NCBI RefSeq assembly: GCF_001194135.2
Contig: NC_068985.1
Coordinates: forward strand, 23,802,845 to 23,845,247
Length of the DNA: 42,403 nt
Origin: Octopus bimaculoides
Lineage: Eukaryota
Direction: 5' to 3'
Shown: positions 38,798-42,403 of the stretch, one piece after another
Layout of the letters: every line of letters begins with the position of its first letter
Numbering within the stretch: position 1 is the first letter of the stretch
Notes under the pieces: generated by a model
The model's input: the letters and a program-made list of their open reading frames with translations, nothing else
What the model was told of the DNA's origin: nothing
Databases searched by the model: none
Position numbers and translations under genes: made by a program

Positions 38798-39105
38798 TAT
38801 CCCATTTTCTGTCACTAGATGTCCTTTTTTAATTACTGATGACACCAATCCATACCCAATATGAAATTAATCTGCAAGAATAATCTTCAAATCGTTCTCC
38901 TAATTTAACATTAACCCTGGTTATAATGATATAGCTAATCTAAAGCCATGTACTTGTACTTGAGGATCAGCGTGCCTTATCCCCGAGAACACCCGATGAG
39001 GTTAAAATGTTTGGTCTTTTTTCTATTATAGAGCAAGATGTTTTGTTTTGCTTTGAGGTCCATCGCTGTGAAAGCTCAGTACAGATAAGGGAATAGGTCT
39101 CGGAA

Positions 39106-39135
39106 TGACGTCACTGATGATACACACGCATGCGC
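39106..39135. promoter_or_regulatory. Full CRE palindrome TGACGTCA next to an NRF1-like CGCATGCGC
   Basis: Motifs at 39106-39113 and 39127-39135; motif match only. Confidence 0.25.
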
Positions 39136-39376
39136 TGAGGCTGCAACATTTGTAAAATTTTCTGGACAGTTTCTGTTGTCGTTTAACTGCATATTAGTTC
39201 TACACGAGCATATCTCCGATAAAAGGTGCTCGCAACAATAGGTCGATATACGTAATCTTGTTTATATGAGTGTGTGGCAGCTGAATGCGCTTACATAGAT
39301 ATTTATCTTTATATGATTTACCACGTATATATGTATATATATATATTAAGGGGTTTGTATGATTGCGTATAGAGGA

Positions 39377-39632
39377 ATATATTATTCAAAGGAATTCTAA
39401 CTCTGTCTGTTTTTTATGTTTTATTCATATTCTTATAATATTAATGTAGGATATAGTATATGTAGTATATATAGTAGATATAGTAAGATGAAATGAAGTA
39501 TTGATTGTCTTATTGAATAAATGAAATATTGAATATTAAATATTAAAGGACTAGTATACTTTCTTGCATTTTAGCAGTCTTCAAGGTCCCATGTTGTGAC
39601 GTCACAACATGGAATTCCTTTGAATAATATAT
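39377..39632 (-). mobile_element. 256-bp unit with perfect 21-bp inverted ends, carrying a hammerhead and a palindrome
   Basis: atatattattcaaaggaattc (39377-39397) / gaattcctttgaataatatat (39612-39632). Confidence 0.75.
39548..39589 (-). ncRNA. Minimal hammerhead motif HH4
   Basis: Minus strand ggac-CTTGAAGA-ctgc-taaaat-gcaa-GAAA-GTATAC-TA-gtcc: 4-bp GC-rich stem I, stem II 3 of 4 bp, palindromic stem III, CUA site; one extra U in the core. Confidence 0.75.
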
Positions 39633-40406
39633 ATATATAACTGTGTGTATATGTATGTGCCTATAGGTAAATATGTGTATTATTATGCGTGCATTTATAT
39701 GTATGTGTTTTGTTTTCTTGTATTCGGATATGTATATGCTTCTATGTAGGTGGGAGTATTGTTTTGGTTTCACTACTGTTCATTTAGATAGAAAACATTT
39801 CGAGATCGTTTGACCTTTTAACCGTATTTGAAAATAAATGTTGTTCAGTACTATCCGTAATCCCGGGGAAAATTGTGGCACCAGTATATAAACTAGTTAC
39901 TTACAACCTCAACCCCACAATAGACTCTGTACGATTCCCTTCGATGTCTATTAACCAATGACCGAAGTAATGCATTCACTTCAGGAATAGAAATAATAGA
40001 CACAGTCGGTTCTTATATTAAATTCATTGTTTAGCCATGTTTCGGAAAAGACATTAACTACACGAACTCTGCTTTGACCTCAAATGTTTATGAAACATAT
40101 AAAAAGAGTTAAATCACGGACCTTCACTAAAACAATTCACGCGGCTGTGGGCTACACAACAGCTAATGGTAATTAATTTTGTTCACGCTAGATTTTTTGC
40201 CGAAATGCAAACATGTGGGTTGGCTACCACTCAGCACACTAACTATGCCCATTCAGGCGCCCTCATAAAAAAACAAAACAACACAAAACAAAAAAGCCCT
40301 AAAACCATTTCAACCCGAATCATTCATAATTATTGATTATTATGTCAGCAGACATGAAAACGCGTTGATTCACTTTAGTTATGTTTACACTGGATGTCAG
40401 CTAAAA

Positions 40407-40441
<35 letters not shown>

Positions 40442-40644
40442 GCATAATACAAACACATGTACTCACATATGCATATAGTGCTATAATAGATTATGCTACT
40501 TGCTTTTGTAGCAACACCCACCCACCCACCTACCCACTCCTCGAGACAGTTGAGAAAACTAACAAATGAACAGTTGAGTGAACAAATAAACACAGAGCCC
40601 AGTCTGTCTGATTACCAGTCTGTCTGTTTATCTGCCTGTCTAAT

Positions 40645-41025
<381 letters not shown>

Positions 41026-41649
41026 TAGTCAATATCTCTCTGTCTCTCTCTGTCTCTGTCTTTCTCTCTCTCTTTCCCTTTCTGTCTTTCTCTCTCTGTA
41101 TCTATCTGTCTGTCAATCTATGCCGGAGCTGCATACATATTAGGCAAGGAAGGTCTCCGTTAAGACCGCATGTACGTATGGGTATAAAACAAATAGCAGA
41201 CTAGTCGTAGTAGTAGTAGTAGTTGTAGGAAGTGAAGGACGAGGAGGAGGCGGTGGCAGAGGAAGAGGAGGGAAAAAGAAGAAGCATGAGAGAAAGAAGA
41301 GACGTAGGATGAGATAGGGTGGGAGTGGGATGGAACGAGAAGGGAACAAAACGGTCGAAAGGTGGTCAGGTCATGGATGATAAAATAACAATCAAAATTT
41401 CTATATATGTGAGTCTGATCGAATGTTGACTTTTATGATTTTTTTATGGTTCTGTGCACATGCGCACGTTTGTCTCTTTCTGTTATCTTTCTGACTCTTT
41501 CTGCCTCTCTCTTCTCCACGGCTGCATGTGTTCCTGTATCCCTCCCTCTAGTTATAAATACATATAAATATACATAGATACCTAGAATATATACATGCAC
41601 ACGCATACACATACATATAGATTTCATGTTATAAGTATGTGTTTCTATG

Positions 41650-41709
<60 letters not shown>

Positions 41710-42009
41710 AGGCTGGCACAAACGATATCAAATAGTTGGCAAACTGACGGTTAGATACAATATAAATCTACAATATAATTCATGCGATCAGCCTACTGAA
41801 TATACATACATACATACATACATACATACATACATGCATACATACATACATGCATACATACATACATGCATACATACATACATACATGCATACAAACTCG
41901 CATATATTCTCTCTGCCTCTATGTTTTGATATCTCTTGCATTTATGTATCTATGTGTATCGATATTCATTGAATATACATAACTAAAGTACATACATACA
42001 TACATACAC

Positions 42010-42060
<51 letters not shown>

Positions 42061-42303
42061 CATCTATATACATATTCATATATTGCGTGTGTATACATGT
42101 GGGTGTGTCTATAAATGTAATATGAGTGTGTGTGTTTACACGTATTCTGCTTGCCTTCATGACAGTAGATATTTTATGCTCAAGAATACAAATATATCGA
42201 TGCGTACAGAATCATCACATACAGCCATGCTACCGCATATAATCAAAGAGTTTGCTCCATAACTGGTCAGACTGGCGAAAATATAAAAATGCAATACATG
42301 TAT

Positions 42304-42403
<100 letters not shown>

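Noticed and set aside
40327-40372. Hammerhead-like atgtc-agca-gacat-GAAA-acgcgt
   Set aside because: Good stem II and palindrome, but the CUGANGA core is absent (ttgatta)

Overview
Eukaryotic, AT-rich, non-coding DNA from a gapped assembly (11 N-gaps, most flanked by simple repeats). The repeat content resembles octopus/coleoid cephalopod DNA; this is inferred from recalled SINE types, not a database hit. I found no supportable host protein-coding exon: the long ORFs are translations of microsatellites or N-runs. The window holds dense microsatellites, four minisatellites and about 20 copies of four tRNA-derived SINE families, labelled here A (CORE-like, internal microsatellite), B (Meta-like, often dimeric), C (one full copy with a 12-bp TSD) and D (CORE/V-like). 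It also holds a mariner MITE, two hAT non-autonomous elements, foldback repeats and possible decayed LINE relics. The most interesting signal is at 37.8-39.6 kb: four (possibly five) minimal hammerhead-ribozyme motifs on both strands, each with a palindromic loop-less stem III of the dimer-type known from Penelope-like elements. One has a stem II extended to about 105 nt. Another lies in a 256-bp unit bounded by perfect 21-bp inverted repeats, next to a perfect 24-bp palindrome. All structures were read by eye; none has been folded computationally or tested.
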